Shown: positions 30,721 to 42,561, numbered from the stretch's first letter. The stretch is 64,000 bases of DNA from an uncultured Chloroflexia bacterium (GCA_963700285.1 CAVOXA010000005.1:32001-96000); one strand, 5' to 3'. Program-made: numbers and translations. The notes: a model not told the origin generated them from the letters alone.

Positions 30721-31972
30721 TGCCTCTGCAAGCGATCGAGTCCGTTGCCGTGGCTGCCACGGAACAGTCCGGGACAGGCGAGCGGGCAGGGACGAAGCCG
30801 CAAGCGCCAGGGAACAACGGACCCGCCGTGCAGGCCTCCGAACCGGCACCAGAGCGATGCGGCAATCGTCCTGCGCGATGTGGTCAAGACCTATGTGAAC
30901 GCCGCGGGTGAGTTCCCCGCCCTGAAGGGCATCAACCTGCAGATGTGCTACGGGCAGTTTGTCTCCCTCGTCGGCAAGTCTGGCTGTGGCAAGTCCACGC
31001 TGCTGAACATGCTCACCGGCATCGATCACCCCACCTCGGGCGAGGTGATCGTGGGCGGGCAGAACATCTACGAGATGACCGAAAGCCAGCGGGCGTTGTG
31101 GCGCGGCCGCAACGTGGGCATCGTCTTTCAGTTCTTCCAGCTCCTGCCGACGCTGACGCTGCTGGAGAACACGATGCTGCCCATGGACTACTGCGACGTA
31201 TACCGGACCAGCGAACGACCGCAGCGCGCCATGGAGCTGCTGGCAATGGTCGGGCTGGAGGAGCAGGCCCACCAGCTGCCGGCCTCGGTGTCCAGCGGGC
31301 AGCAGCAGAGCGCCGCCATCGCCCGGGCGCTGGCCACCGATCCGCCGATCATCGTGGCCGACGAGCCGACCGGCAACCTGGACTCGCGCTCGGCGGAGGC
31401 CATCCTGCGCCTGTTCGGAGAGCTGGCCGATCAGGGCAAGACGATTCTGCTGGTCACCCACGATCCCTCCTTTACCAAGGCCACCGACCAGACGGTGATC
31501 CTCTCCGATGGCGAGATCATCGACGAGCTGGTGGCGCGGGCCCTGCCTCTGCTGAGCCATCCGCAGATGCTCGAGGCGACCCACCAGGCCGAGAAGCGGC
31601 GGTATGAGCCGGGCTCGCTGATCATCCAGCAAGGGCAGCAGGTGGACCATTTCTTTATGATCGCCAGCGGAGAGGTAGACGTTGTGCTCAGCAGTCCGGG
31701 CTGTCCGGAGATTTCCCTGGCCCGCCTGGGAGAGGGCCAGTTCTTTGGCGAGGTCGAACTGCTGCACAGCGAGAACTCGATCGCCAGCGTGCGCGCTGCC
31801 GCCACGGGACCGGTCGAGCTGTCGTTGCTGTCCAAGAATGGCTTCCAGCAAGTTGCTGGGAGGATCGCCGTCCACGCGGGAGATGGTGGCCAAAGTGGCC
31901 CAGACGCGCCTGGAGGAGAATCTGGCGCAGAATGGGCCATTCTGGGGATTGCGAATAAGGGGGCACAGATGA
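30720..31972 (+). CDS. ABC ATPase (LolD type) fused to a C-terminal cyclic-nucleotide-binding domain, frameshifted at both ends
   Basis: [24 protein letters not shown] and VTHD, then in frame [11 protein letters not shown]...[11 protein letters not shown]...[13 protein letters not shown]...ASVRA. Confidence 0.88.
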
Positions 31973-32809
31973 AACAGATCGAGGGCGATTCTCAAGGGAG
32001 TGCGAAACGTCGATATCTACTATCAGGGTTGGCTACCAGACGAGAGCGCAAAAGCTGTGTTGCTGGTGGTTCACGGGCTGGGCGAACACTGCGGACGCTA
32101 TATGAATGTGGTCAATCATTTTGTCCCTCTGGGCTATGCCGTCTATGGGCTTGATCATATTGGTCACGGCAGATCGGAGGGAGCGCGCGAGTACGTCGAA
32201 CAGTTCAACGATTTCACCGATACGCTGACCATCTTTTGCGACATGATCATAGAATGGCAGCCGGACAAGGCTATCTTTATCCTGGGTCACAGTCTGGGTG
32301 GTCTGATCACAGCCTACTACCTGCTGGATTGCCAGGACAAATTCCAGGGAGCGGTTATCTCCGCTCCGGCTGTCAAGGTTGGAGACAGCGTCTCGCCGGC
32401 GACTATGGCCATGAGCAAGGTCCTGTCGAAATTGGCGCCAAAGATGGGCCTGATCGCGTTGGATGCCAGCGGCGTTTCGCGTGACCCAGAAGTGGTGGAT
32501 GCCTATGTGAATGATCCCCTGGTCTACCATGGAAAGACCACTGCGCGGTTGGCAGCGGAATCATTGTCCGCCATGCTGCGAGTCACTGATGAGGCCGGCA
32601 AGATCACGCTGCCAATCCTTATCGTACAGGGCAGCCAAGACAGCTTGGTTGAACCAGCCGGTGCCCAGATGCTCTATGACAAAGCCAGCTCCGAAGACAA
32701 GAGCCTCAAGATCTATGACGGGCTGTATCACGAGGTATTCAACGAGCCAGAATGCGACCGCGTTCTAAAGGATGTGGAAAACTGGCTTGAGTCACATTTG
32801 ACAGGGTAG
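31969..32809 (+). CDS. Lysophospholipase/monoacylglycerol lipase (Hydrolase_4)
   Basis: [21 protein letters not shown] and LYHEVFNE; ATG 31969 overlaps the upstream stop; one frameshift after MKQIEGD. Confidence 0.92.
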
Positions 32810-32818
32810 TGAGGGGCT

Positions 32819-35239
32819 ATGCAAGAGAAGCGGAACGTCGTGAGACCGCGCTGGAGCAAGGTGCTCGCCGACCTGTGGGACAACAAGACGCGCACGCTGC
32901 TGGTGGTGCTCTCTATCGCCGTGGGGGTTTTTGCCATCGGCACCATTGCCAACGCCTTCCAGATCCTCTCCGAGGATATCGATGCCAGCTATGCCTCGGT
33001 GAACCCGGCCAATATCACCATCATGACCGAGCCCTTTGACGAGGATTTTCTCAGTTCTGTGGAGGGCATGCCGGGAGTGGCGGATGCCGAGGGCCGTCAG
33101 CCATCTGACCGTGAGCGTCATCCTGGATGGTGAACCGGCAAAGAACCTGGAGCTGGTTGCCATCAAGGATTTTGCCGAGTCCAAGATCGACCTGCTCGAG
33201 CCCAAGGAAGGCCGTTCTATCCCGGCAGACAACGAAATGCTGATGGGCTTCGATTCGATGAGCGATCCAGGCTATCGCGTCGGAGATGTGCTCACGATTG
33301 AACTTTCAAATGGTACCCGGCGGCGCGTGCCGGTGGTGGGTATCGCGGCAGACCAGAGTGCGGAAATGGATCCGACCCAGATCGACGAGGGGCTATGTCA
33401 CCCACGATTCGCTGGAATGGTTGGGCGAGGACACTCAGTACGATAGGCTTGCTTGTTACCGTCAGCGGGGACTCCAATGACGAGGCCCAGATTGAATCGG
33501 TGGCGGCGAGCCATCGAAGACAAGATAGAGAGAAGCGGTCGCCAGGTCTTCCGCACCTTGACCGGCAAGTCTGGCGAACATCCCCAGGCGATCATGGTCG
33601 TGGCCATTCTGGGAATTTTCGGCGCGCTGGGCGTGCTGGTCATGCTGCTGAGCAGTTCCCTGATCTTTAACACGCTCGAACGCCCTGCTCGCCCAGAACC
33701 TGCGCCAGATCGGCGTGATGAAGCTGATCGGGGCACGCAGTTTCCAGATTCTGGGCATGTATCTCGTCCTGATCTTCCTGTTCGGCCTCCTGGCGCTCTT
33801 GATTGCCGCTCCCGCTGCGGTGCTGGCAGGCTACGGACTGTCCTGGTTTCTGGCCTTTATGATGAATGCGAACCTGCAGGGCTTTCGAGTCATTCCGACC
33901 ACGATCGTCATCCAGCTCGTGCTCTCTCTGCTCGTGCCCCTGGCGGCCGGTTTTGTCCCGGTGAACAGCGGGTCCAAGATCAAGGTGCGCCGGGCCATCA
34001 GCAACGACCGTCCGGGCGATCAGCCAACGGTCAGCGGCTCTGTGGCAGCGACTTGGGACCTGGCTGCGATGGCTCTCGCGGCCGGTCATGCTGTCCATCC
34101 GCAATACCTTCCGGCGCAGGGGGCGCTTGATGCTCACGCTCTTCACCCTGACCGTAGCGGGCGCCATCTTTATCGCCGTCTTTAACGTGCGGGTCTCGAT
34201 GCAAGAGTATATGGATGAGATGATGCAGCACTTTATGGCCGATCTCACCCTGAGCCTCGAGCGGCCCTACCGGACCTCTACGGTGGAGCAGGCCGCCCTC
34301 CAGGTACCGGGCATTGAGCGTCGATTGAAGCCTGGTCGGGAGCGAGTGCCGAGGTCATGGATCCGAATGGAGATGTCGTCGAGCATCTTGCAGATGACCG
34401 CGCCACCCGCCGGCAGTGCGCTGATCGATCCCGAGATGACCGAGGGACGCTGGCTGCTGCCCGGCGATGGCAAGGCCATTGTGATCTCGGAAGCGATCCG
34501 GAATACGTATCCGGATATCAAGCCGGGGGATACCCTGCGGTTGAGCCTGTCGGGTGAACCAGAGGAGGAGTGGACCCTGGTCGGGATGTTCAGTTTCCCC
34601 AACTTTGTGGGGGACCCGCTGGCCTATGTTCCCCTCGAATCACTCTCCGGATGCCAGCGGGCGCCCAGTCACCTCTCCTCCTACCGGCTGGTCACCAGCG
34701 ATCAGAGCGTGGAGGGACAAATGAGGATCGGCGCTGCACTTGACCAGCACCTGCGGGCACTCGGCTTCAATGTCAGCGCGGTGCAGACCGGGGCCGAACT
34801 GCAGGAGATGAGCGTGCAGATGATCAGCATCCTCGTCGTGCTCTTGCTGATGATGGCCCTGCTGACAGCAATCGTCGGCAGCATCGGGTTGACGGGCACC
34901 ATGGGCATGAACGTGCTGGAACGAACGCGCGAGATCGGCGTCATGCGCGCCATCGGCGCGGTTGACTCGGCCATCATCAAGTCGGTGGTCATCGAAGGCG
35001 CCTTCATCGGCCTGATCAGTTGGGTCATCGCCGTGCCGCTCTCGTTTCCCATCAGCTAGCTTGCTGCTCACCATCATCAGCACGTCGATGGGCATCGGCG
35101 AGATCGGCATGAGCCTTTACCCCGCAGGGCATGATCATTTGGCTGGGGGTGGTGTTGGTGCTGACGGTGCTGGCCAGCATATGGCCCGCCCGCAACGCCG
35201 TCACGCCTGACCATCCGCGAGGTGCTGGCCTACGAGTGA
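32819..35239 (+). CDS. ABC transporter permease (FtsX/MacB-like, double), heavily frameshifted
   Basis: RWSKVLADLWDNKTRTLLVVLSIAVGVFAIG; RQIGVMKLIGA; MNVLERTREIGVMRAIGA; ends IREVLAYE*. Confidence 0.85.
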
Positions 35240-35268
35240 GCAGGAGGGGCGTGGCGCAGCCGTACGCT

Positions 35269-35297
35269 TTGCCTTCAGCCCAGTTCTGCTGTACAAT
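35269..35297 (+). promoter_or_regulatory. Promoter of the patatin gene
   Basis: TTGCCT-17bp-TACAAT, then AGGAGG RBS. Confidence 0.5.
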
Positions 35298-35325
35298 ATC
35301 GACACTGCTGCCCAGGAGGATGGTG

Positions 35326-36429
35326 ATGGTCCTTAGACGCAGGCCTGTGCTTAGACCCAGATACCCCTTCAAGAATCTGGTCTTTCAGGGCGGTGGCGTC
35401 AAGGCCTATGCCTATCATGGCGCTCTGCGCGTCCTCGATGCGTACGGCATCCTGTCCCAAGTCGAGCGAGTTGCCGGGACGTCTGCGGGGGCGCTACAAG
35501 CGATGGTCCTGTGTTTTCGTCTCAGTGTCGAGGAGACCATCGAACTCTACAAGACTGTCGACTATTCCAAGATCCGGTCCCTGAGGAGTGTAGATGAGTT
35601 CGAACAGAAGAAAAGTGGTATACTGGCAGCCGGGCTAGCGCATGTTCAGGAAGACTTGGAAGGGGCCTCTCGCTTCTTGCGCAAGTACGGGCTGTATTCC
35701 AACGCCTACATCAAACACTGGCTGGGGGATGCCATCTCTGCACATTGTACCGGCAACGAGAGGGCTACCTTTGCCGATTTCCGCGCCTGCGGGTTCCGCG
35801 AGCTTCACACCGTGGCGGTCAATCTTACTCATCGGAGGGTAGAAGTCTTTTCTGCCGATACAACGCCAAATGTCGCTGTTGCCGATGCTGTCCTGATGTC
35901 AAGTTCTGTCCCTTTCTTTTTCGAGGCTGTTCGCTTCGACGGCGAGATTTTGGGGCAGGGTGACTATTACGTGGACGGCGGCATGTTGAGCAACTATCCG
36001 CTCACGATATTCGATGCGCCCAAGTACAAGAAGGCCAGTCGCCACTTCTCATATGGCATCAACTGGGAGTCTCTGGGCTGCCAGTTGATTACCCCTGACG
36101 ACTGCTCGCGGCGCAGCGGGGAGATCGCCAATATCGTCGGCTATGCAGTAAACGTAGTAGAAAGCTTGGGCAGCGTGCAGCATGTTGCCGTTGAAACACG
36201 TGCCGTGGATCGGTGGCGCTCGATCCCCATCAGCGATTGTTGCGTTTCGCCCCTTGATTTCGATATCCAACCCACAGAGAATGATCCCAGGTATGTCGAA
36301 TTGGTGCAGACCGGAGAGAAAGCCACAAGAGAGTATCTGGACAACTATCGCGATCCCACCGATCGTCTTGCCGATCTCAAGGAACTGCTGTCCGCGGCAC
36401 TGGGAGGCGGCACCGATCAACAGGATTGA
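35326..36429 (+). CDS. Patatin-like phospholipase
   Basis: NLVFQGGGVKA, GTSAG, SSSVPFFF and YVDGG. Confidence 0.92.
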   Translation: MVLRRRPVLRPRYPFKNLVFQGGGVKAYAYHGALRVLDAYGILSQVERVAGTSAGALQAMVLCFRLSVEETIELYKTVDYSKIRSLRSVDEFEQKKSGILAAGLAHVQEDLEGASRFLRKYGLYSNAYIKHWLGDAISAHCTGNERATFADFRACGFRELHTVAVNLTHRRVEVFSADTTPNVAVADAVLMSSSVPFFFEAVRFDGEILGQGDYYVDGGMLSNYPLTIFDAPKYKKASRHFSYGINWESLGCQLITPDDCSRRSGEIANIVGYAVNVVESLGSVQHVAVETRAVDRWRSIPISDCCVSPLDFDIQPTENDPRYVELVQTGEKATREYLDNYRDPTDRLADLKELLSAALGGGTDQQD

Positions 36430-36548
36430 CAGTCTTTACACAGAATGCAAAGCATGGAGATAGAGATGAGCACACCCGATCCTGCGGCGGCCTGTCTAGT
36501 TGAGGCCGATCTGGTCCTAACAGACAGCATAGTATGGGAGTCTTGACC

Positions 36549-37598
36549 ATGTCTCTAGTCAGTGTTCACAACGAATGGGATCCTCTGGAGGAAATGATTG
36601 TGGGGATTCCTGATAACGCTCGGGTTCCGATGGCCGGCAGGGATCTTTTTGCCCTGGAATATAACGAGCATTATGAGGACATGGCTCAGATTCCTTCAGG
36701 CCCTTATCATCCGCAGGTCATTGAGGAAACCCGGGAGGATCTGGAGGCCCTGGTAACAGCCTTGAAACAGGAAGGGGTAACGGTTCGCCGTCCTCAGGTC
36801 ACAGATCATTCAAAAGTCTTTTCATCTCCAGATTGGCAATCGGATGGAGAATACAACTATTGTCCCCGTGACCTTCTGTTGGCGATTGGAGAAACGATCA
36901 TCGAGTGTCCGATGCCCCTCCGTTCGCGTTTTTTTGAGTGCTTGGCCTACAAGGACCTGTTGCTTGAGTATTTCCAAAGCGGCTCCCGGTGGCTGTCCGC
37001 GCCCAAACCCCGCCTGCTGGATGAAGTCTATGATGACGACCCAAAGAGTGAGGTCAAAGTACGGAATGTTGAACCATTGTTTGATGCCGCCAACATCCTG
37101 CGCGCGGGCCGGGATATCCTCTATCTCGTGTCCTGCACAGGCAATATGATGGGCTATGAGTGGCTCAAACGCGTCCTGGGGCCGGAATACCGGGTTCATC
37201 CTCTAGCAGGTATCTACGAAGGCACGCATATCGACACCACCATCACCCTGCTCAGACCAGGTTTGGTATTACTCAATCCGTCTCGAATTAACGAGAGCAA
37301 CATGCCCGCACTGTTCAAAGGGTGGGATGTAATCTGGTGTCCCGAAATGATTGATACTGGACATTCGGTGGGGTGGGAGTATTCCCGGGCCTCCATCTGG
37401 TCAGGGATGAATTTCTTTATGATCAACCCAAGACTGGCCGTTGTGCATGAAGCGCAAAAACCATTGATCAAGGTCTTGGCGAAGCATGGGATAGACACAA
37501 TTCCTTTGCCATTGCGTCATACTCGAACGCTCAGTGGTGGATTTCATTGCGTGACTTTGGATATTCGAAGACAAGGCGGCTTGGAAGACTATTCGTAA
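36549..37598 (+). CDS. L-arginine amidinotransferase (StrB1/glycine amidinotransferase family)
   Basis: MSLVSVHNEWDPLEEMIVG, NYCPRD, FDAAN, THIDTT and GGFHCVTLD (Asp-His-Cys triad). Confidence 0.92.
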   Translation: MSLVSVHNEWDPLEEMIVGIPDNARVPMAGRDLFALEYNEHYEDMAQIPSGPYHPQVIEETREDLEALVTALKQEGVTVRRPQVTDHSKVFSSPDWQSDGEYNYCPRDLLLAIGETIIECPMPLRSRFFECLAYKDLLLEYFQSGSRWLSAPKPRLLDEVYDDDPKSEVKVRNVEPLFDAANILRAGRDILYLVSCTGNMMGYEWLKRVLGPEYRVHPLAGIYEGTHIDTTITLLRPGLVLLNPSRINESNMPALFKGWDVIWCPEMIDTGHSVGWEYSRASIWSGMNFFMINPRLAVVHEAQKPLIKVLAKHGIDTIPLPLRHTRTLSGGFHCVTLDIRRQGGLEDYS

Positions 37599-37669
37599 AC
37601 GAGGGTGACAGTCCCCGGTGGGGCCATAACGAGAATGAAAACCGCTTGATCTGGAGGTAACCCTGTTCG

Positions 37670-38488
37670 ATGGTCAAAAGCGAAGGCGAACGCTTGCGCC
37701 AGGTCGTCGTGTGTACGCCCCGAGAAGAGTATGCCCGCGGCGCGAGCGATCTTGAAAAGCACAACATTGGTGACTTGGGCGATCTCGAAATTGCCATCCA
37801 ACAGCACCATCGATTGAAGGCCACGCTAAAAGAGTTTGGAGCGCAGGTGCTCGATATTCCGGAGCTGGCGGACCATCCCAATTCCGTATTCACGCGCGAT
37901 ACCGCTTTGTGCACGCCCCAGGGATACATCCAGCTCAGATTGGGCCTGGCCTCTCGCCAGGGTGAAGGTGCGTGGATGGCGAGAGCTCTGGAGGAGATCG
38001 GGGTACCGCGCGTTGGCAAGATAGCAGCTCCTGGTACAGTCGAAGGTGGGGACGTCGTCCTGGCCGGGGAGGTGGCCTTTGTCGGGAGATCCATACGGAC
38101 GAATGAGGAAGGGATTCAGCAGTTGTCCGTGATGCTGGAGACGATGGGCTATCAGATACGAGTCATCGAGTTGCCGGATACAGTCCTGCACCTCGACAAG
38201 ACATTGATGGCTCTCGGCCCCCAGCAGGTACTCTATTGCCGTGACCTGGTCTCGCAACAAGACATCGATGGCTTCTCAGGAATAGAGATCTCCTGTGGAG
38301 GAGATACGACAGCGAATATCATCTGCCTGGGTGATAGGGAGCTCATTGTCCATCGCTCGAATGCACTGGTGATCGCCCGTCTGGAAGCTGCAGGGTACAG
38401 GGTTCATAATCTCGATTTGGGTGAATTCGCCAAAGGCATGGGTGGGCCTAACTGTCTGATCATGCCTGTCAAGCGGGGTGGTTCGTGA
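37670..38488 (+). CDS. Dimethylarginine dimethylaminohydrolase/arginine deiminase-like pentein hydrolase
   Basis: PNSVFTRD, EGGDV, RTNEEG, LHLD and GGPNC. Confidence 0.88.
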   Translation: MVKSEGERLRQVVVCTPREEYARGASDLEKHNIGDLGDLEIAIQQHHRLKATLKEFGAQVLDIPELADHPNSVFTRDTALCTPQGYIQLRLGLASRQGEGAWMARALEEIGVPRVGKIAAPGTVEGGDVVLAGEVAFVGRSIRTNEEGIQQLSVMLETMGYQIRVIELPDTVLHLDKTLMALGPQQVLYCRDLVSQQDIDGFSGIEISCGGDTTANIICLGDRELIVHRSNALVIARLEAAGYRVHNLDLGEFAKGMGGPNCLIMPVKRGGS

Positions 38489-38562
38489 CCTTTTGCAAAG
38501 GACAAACCGTGTGATATCTGACTGGCCCGAAGTAGGTCCAGGCCTGACACAGAACTGAGAGG

Positions 38563-39789
38563 ATGGGAAGTATTGTGGCCGAGCAAATCCGCCGACAGGA
38601 CGAAGGTTTGCCGCCCGAGATGCTTTCTCGGGCCTACGCGCTCCAGGAAGAGATCGTGGCCTGGCGGCGCACCATTCATCAGCACCCCGAACCGGGCTTT
38701 GGGGAACACCAGACTGCCCAGCTCGTGGCCAGCACCCTTCAAGGGATGGGCCTCCAGGTGGAGACAGGGGTGGGCAAGACGGGAGTCGTCGGTCGCCTGG
38801 GCCAGGGCCGGCCGGCAGTTGCCCTCCGTGCCGACATGGATGCCCTGGAGATCCAAGAGGCGAACGACGTGCCCTACGCCTCCTGCACAACCGGGCTCAT
38901 GCACGCCTGCGGTCACGACGCGCACACGGCCATGCTTCTGGGCGCCGCCCAACTGCTGCAATCCCTGCCCGGCCGCCCAGGCGGCGAGATCCGCTTCCTC
39001 TTCCAGCCCTGCGAAGAGGCTTGGGACAACGAGGACAAGGGCGGCGCGCTGCGCATGGTCGAGGATGGCGCGCTGGAGGGGCTGGATGCCGTTGTCGGCC
39101 TGCACGTGGACCCCGAAGCGAAAGCCGGCAGCCTGGGTATCCGCGACGGCTACGCCATGCCTGGGGTAGACCCCTACGACGCGATCCTGTTCGGTAGGGG
39201 CTGTCACAGCAGTGATCCGCAGCAGGGACTGAATCCTATCTACCTGCTCAGCCAGGTCCTGGGTGCGGTTTTTGCCATCCCAGCGGAGCGCGTCAACCCC
39301 CTCGAGCCGGTCATTGTCTCTGTCGAAGCGGTACACGGCGGCAGTACCACGGGGGTCATTCCCGATCGGGTCTCGATCCATGGGAACATCCGCGCCTACG
39401 ATGACGGGACGCGCCTGCGGCTGCGGGAGGAGCTGGCGCGAGCTCTGAGCCTGGCCCGGACCCTGGGCGGCGGCTATGAGCTGGCCGTACGCAGCATCTT
39501 TCCCGCCTGCTACAACGATCCCCACATCAACGAATTGGTCCGGCAGGTCGCTGTGGAGATGCTGGGTGCCAGCCACCTCTACGAGCCGGAGCTCACCATG
39601 GGCGGTGAGGACTTTGGGTACATGACCGAGGGGGCACCTGGTACCTTTGTCCTGCTCGGGGTTCAGATAGAGGGCGAGGCGCGGATTCTGCACAGCCCCA
39701 CCTTCGATCTGGACGAATCGGCATTGCCCGTGGGCACCGGGTTTCTGGCCGCGGCTGCCTGCCGCCTGTTGCGGGACCTGGCAACCTGA
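38563..39789 (+). CDS. M20D amidohydrolase
   Basis: WRRTIHQHPE, LRADMDAL, MHACGHD, FQPCEE, GGEDF and LHSP.F. Confidence 0.92.
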   Translation: MGSIVAEQIRRQDEGLPPEMLSRAYALQEEIVAWRRTIHQHPEPGFGEHQTAQLVASTLQGMGLQVETGVGKTGVVGRLGQGRPAVALRADMDALEIQEANDVPYASCTTGLMHACGHDAHTAMLLGAAQLLQSLPGRPGGEIRFLFQPCEEAWDNEDKGGALRMVEDGALEGLDAVVGLHVDPEAKAGSLGIRDGYAMPGVDPYDAILFGRGCHSSDPQQGLNPIYLLSQVLGAVFAIPAERVNPLEPVIVSVEAVHGGSTTGVIPDRVSIHGNIRAYDDGTRLRLREELARALSLARTLGGGYELAVRSIFPACYNDPHINELVRQVAVEMLGASHLYEPELTMGGEDFGYMTEGAPGTFVLLGVQIEGEARILHSPTFDLDESALPVGTGFLAAAACRLLRDLAT

Positions 39790-40061
39790 GGTGCAACGCA
39801 CCTTCGCTCAAGGGTGGCTGTCCTGAAGCCCACTGATGCCACGACCAGTTGGCCCCACGGTGTTCATGTAAGGAGGTACGTTGCACCTGAACTGAGTTAT
39901 GCGCGATCCCCGAATCCCCGAGTGACCACGTTTGCCCGAAACGCCAAGTGCGAGTACAATGGATGACACATGGCCAGGCAAAGCCTTCAACACTGGCACA
40001 ACTGGCGGCTGCGCGCCGCATAGCCCTTCAGGCAGGTGCAGGGGAGGTACCGAGAACCAAC

Positions 40062-40760
40062 ATGAACCCACAAAAGATCTTGATCCTCGATTACTCAACG
40101 GACAGAAGTGAAGCGGCAGCCACCGAGCGTTGGCTGCCTGCGGACTCGGATGTTTCATCCCTATTCATCGATACAGAGGAGTCTTTTCCACAAGACCTCA
40201 TAGCCCGCGGCTTCACCCACGTCATCCATTCCGGCTCTGCACTTTCGATCACCGAAAGCGCACCCTTTGTTGACAGAGCAGTGACCTTCATCCAGATGGC
40301 CAGGGATCAGGGCGTGTCGCAGATGGGCATCTGTTATGGGCACCAGCTCGTCTGCCGGGCGTTGGTGGGAAGACAAGCCGTCCGCTCGTCTCCAAATGGC
40401 CTCGAAGCCGGATGGAAGCGCGTCACCTTTGTCAATGGTGCCATGGACGCCCTGGGCGTAGGAGAAAGCGAAGTCGTCTGGCAGCATCACTTTGATGAAG
40501 TGACTGGATTGCCTGAAGGCTCAGAGCTTTGGGCCACAAACCCGCATTCCAGGATCCAGGCCTATATCAACCACGAGCAGCGTTTGTTCGGAACTCAGTT
40601 TCATCCTGAGTTTGACCAAGCGATCGGGAACCAGATCTACTTGGCTGACCGGGATCTTTTGGAAAAGAACGGCTATTCTGCTGAGGAACTGGTCAGGCAC
40701 GGGCCTTCGTTTGAGGTGGGGAAGGTGTTTTTCGGCTACTTCTTAAAGAGTGTAACCTGA
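40062..40760 (+). CDS. Class I glutamine amidotransferase-like protein
   Basis: HSGS, GICYGHQ, HFDEV and QFHPE. Confidence 0.88.
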   Translation: MNPQKILILDYSTDRSEAAATERWLPADSDVSSLFIDTEESFPQDLIARGFTHVIHSGSALSITESAPFVDRAVTFIQMARDQGVSQMGICYGHQLVCRALVGRQAVRSSPNGLEAGWKRVTFVNGAMDALGVGESEVVWQHHFDEVTGLPEGSELWATNPHSRIQAYINHEQRLFGTQFHPEFDQAIGNQIYLADRDLLEKNGYSAEELVRHGPSFEVGKVFFGYFLKSVT

Positions 40761-40847
40761 GCCACGAATGTCACTTGCTGGAAGAAGGGTGGAGGGCGCC
40801 ACTGGGCTGGAACCGTGAGTGGGTAGCACATGTAGGTGAGAGAGGGA

Positions 40848-42561
40848 ATGAACGGCCAATCTGAGGCAAGCCAGAACCTGATCGCTCTCCTGGACGAACT
40901 CCGGGATGAGTTGGCCGACGCCTGGCTGGAGGCCATCCGTCGGGAGATGCCCGATGCCAAGTACAGCCAGCGCCCCCCCCGAAGAGATCCGTGGTAACAA
41001 CCTGAATGGCCTGGCGATGCTCAGGGCGATGCTCCAAGGGGCTGCGCCTGGCGCAGCCTGGGAGGGTCAAGCTGACGGCAAGGCTGCTCTGGAGTACGTG
41101 GGCCTGGGCATTGACGTCAGTGAGGTGGTCCTGGCTGCCTTGCTCCTGGAGGATGTGACCCACCCCTATGTGAGAAGCGCATTTCCCCCGGGCTCGACCG
41201 AAGGGCGACAAACTCGTCTCGAACTTGGCCGTCAGGTACACCTACTGGCCCGAGAGATTGCGCGAGGCTACTATGATTTAAGCCAGCAGTGCCTGCGAGA
41301 AGAGCAGCAGCGCCTGGCCCTGATGCTCAAGACAACCCGAACGGCCAGCGAAAGCCTCGACCTGGACAGGGTCCTGCGCTCGGCGGCGCGTGGAATCGCC
41401 GCCGCCGTGGAGGCGCGGTACTGCGTCATCCTCTTGGCCGGTGATGATGCCGAACCGGGTGTCTTCTGGGCAATTATGGACGAACTGCCCCCCGCGGCGG
41501 CCGAACGCTTGCGGGATCAGTTGGCGCGAGAGCGCCCACTGGCGGAGCATTCCCTCGTCCGCTTGGTGATGGAAGGCAAACAGCCCCTGGCCTGCTACGA
41601 CGCGCAGGCTGACCCCCGGGTAGACGTTGAGAGCGCGACTAGCGCGGGCATCCGGTCCATGCTGCAGGTCCCCTTTGTGCACAGAGAACAGGTGCTCGGT
41701 GTCGCCATCGTGGTCACTTTTGATCAACGCCGGGGCTTTTCGGAGCAGCAGATCGCACTGGCCTCGGGCCTGGCCAGCGCTGTCGCACCAGCCATCGAGA
41801 ACGCGCGCCTGTACCAACGGGTCGAAGAGCTGGCAGTCCTGGAGGAGCGGTCGCGCCTGGCGCGCGAGATCCACGATGATGTAGCCCAGGTGCTCGGGGC
41901 GCTGCAGCTCAGGGTGTGGCTCCTTGACGACCTGCTCTCCCATGACAAGGTCGGGCAAGCCCGCGACTCGCTCCCGGAGCTGCAGGACCTGGTCAGCAAG
42001 GCATACAGTGATCTTCGCGAGTCGGTCTTTGACCTGCGGGCCATGGCCTTACCCCCGGCGGCCTTCCTGCCCTCATTGCAGGAGTACATGGCTGACTACC
42101 GGCAGCACTATGAGCTGGACGTCTCGCTGGAGGCGGATGTAGACGCAGCCGCGATGCTGGATGGGAACATGGGAGTACAGGTGATCCGCATCATCCAGGA
42201 GACACTGACCAACGCCCGAAGGCATGCCCGGGCCAGCCATGCCTGGGTACGGATCTATTGGCTGGACGGCTGCCTGTTCGTCAGTGTGGAGGACGATGGG
42301 CAGGGCTTTGACCCATCGGGCCCTCTGCCTGAAGGACAGTCCCATTTCGGCCTGCAGGTGATGCGCGAGCGGGCGGAGAAGGTGTGCGGCCATCTCATCG
42401 TGGGTTCACGGCCTGGTGGGGGAACCCGGGTATTGCTGCGCTTGCCTGGTTGGGAAGGCGGAGAAAAAATATGCGCGAACCTCTGCGCGTTCTGCTGGTG
42501 GATGACCACGTCCTTTTTCGCAAGGGTGTGGACGCCGTGCTGGCCACGCGTCCCGAGATAG
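40848..42561 (+). CDS. Soluble GAF-HisKA_3 histidine kinase with N-terminal RsbRD_N-like helical domain; frameshift in C8 run near 40975
   Basis: ATG 40848 frame LLDELRDELADAWLEAIRREMP..Y joins ORF 40906; GAF ending AIENARLY; ERSRLAREIHDDVAQ; DDGQGF and FGL; true stop probably near 42470. Confidence 0.85.

Noticed and set aside
30322-31995. Long antisense ORFs (also 9636-10976, 25248-26426, 38404-39801, 57554-58516)
   Set aside because: Shadow ORFs typical of high-GC codon bias, opposite well-supported genes
35326-36429. Patatin as a CBASS/CapV-type defence effector, given the nearby cNMP domain
   Set aside because: No CD-NTase or other defence genes nearby; it has its own promoter, and the cNMP domain belongs to the ABC ATPase
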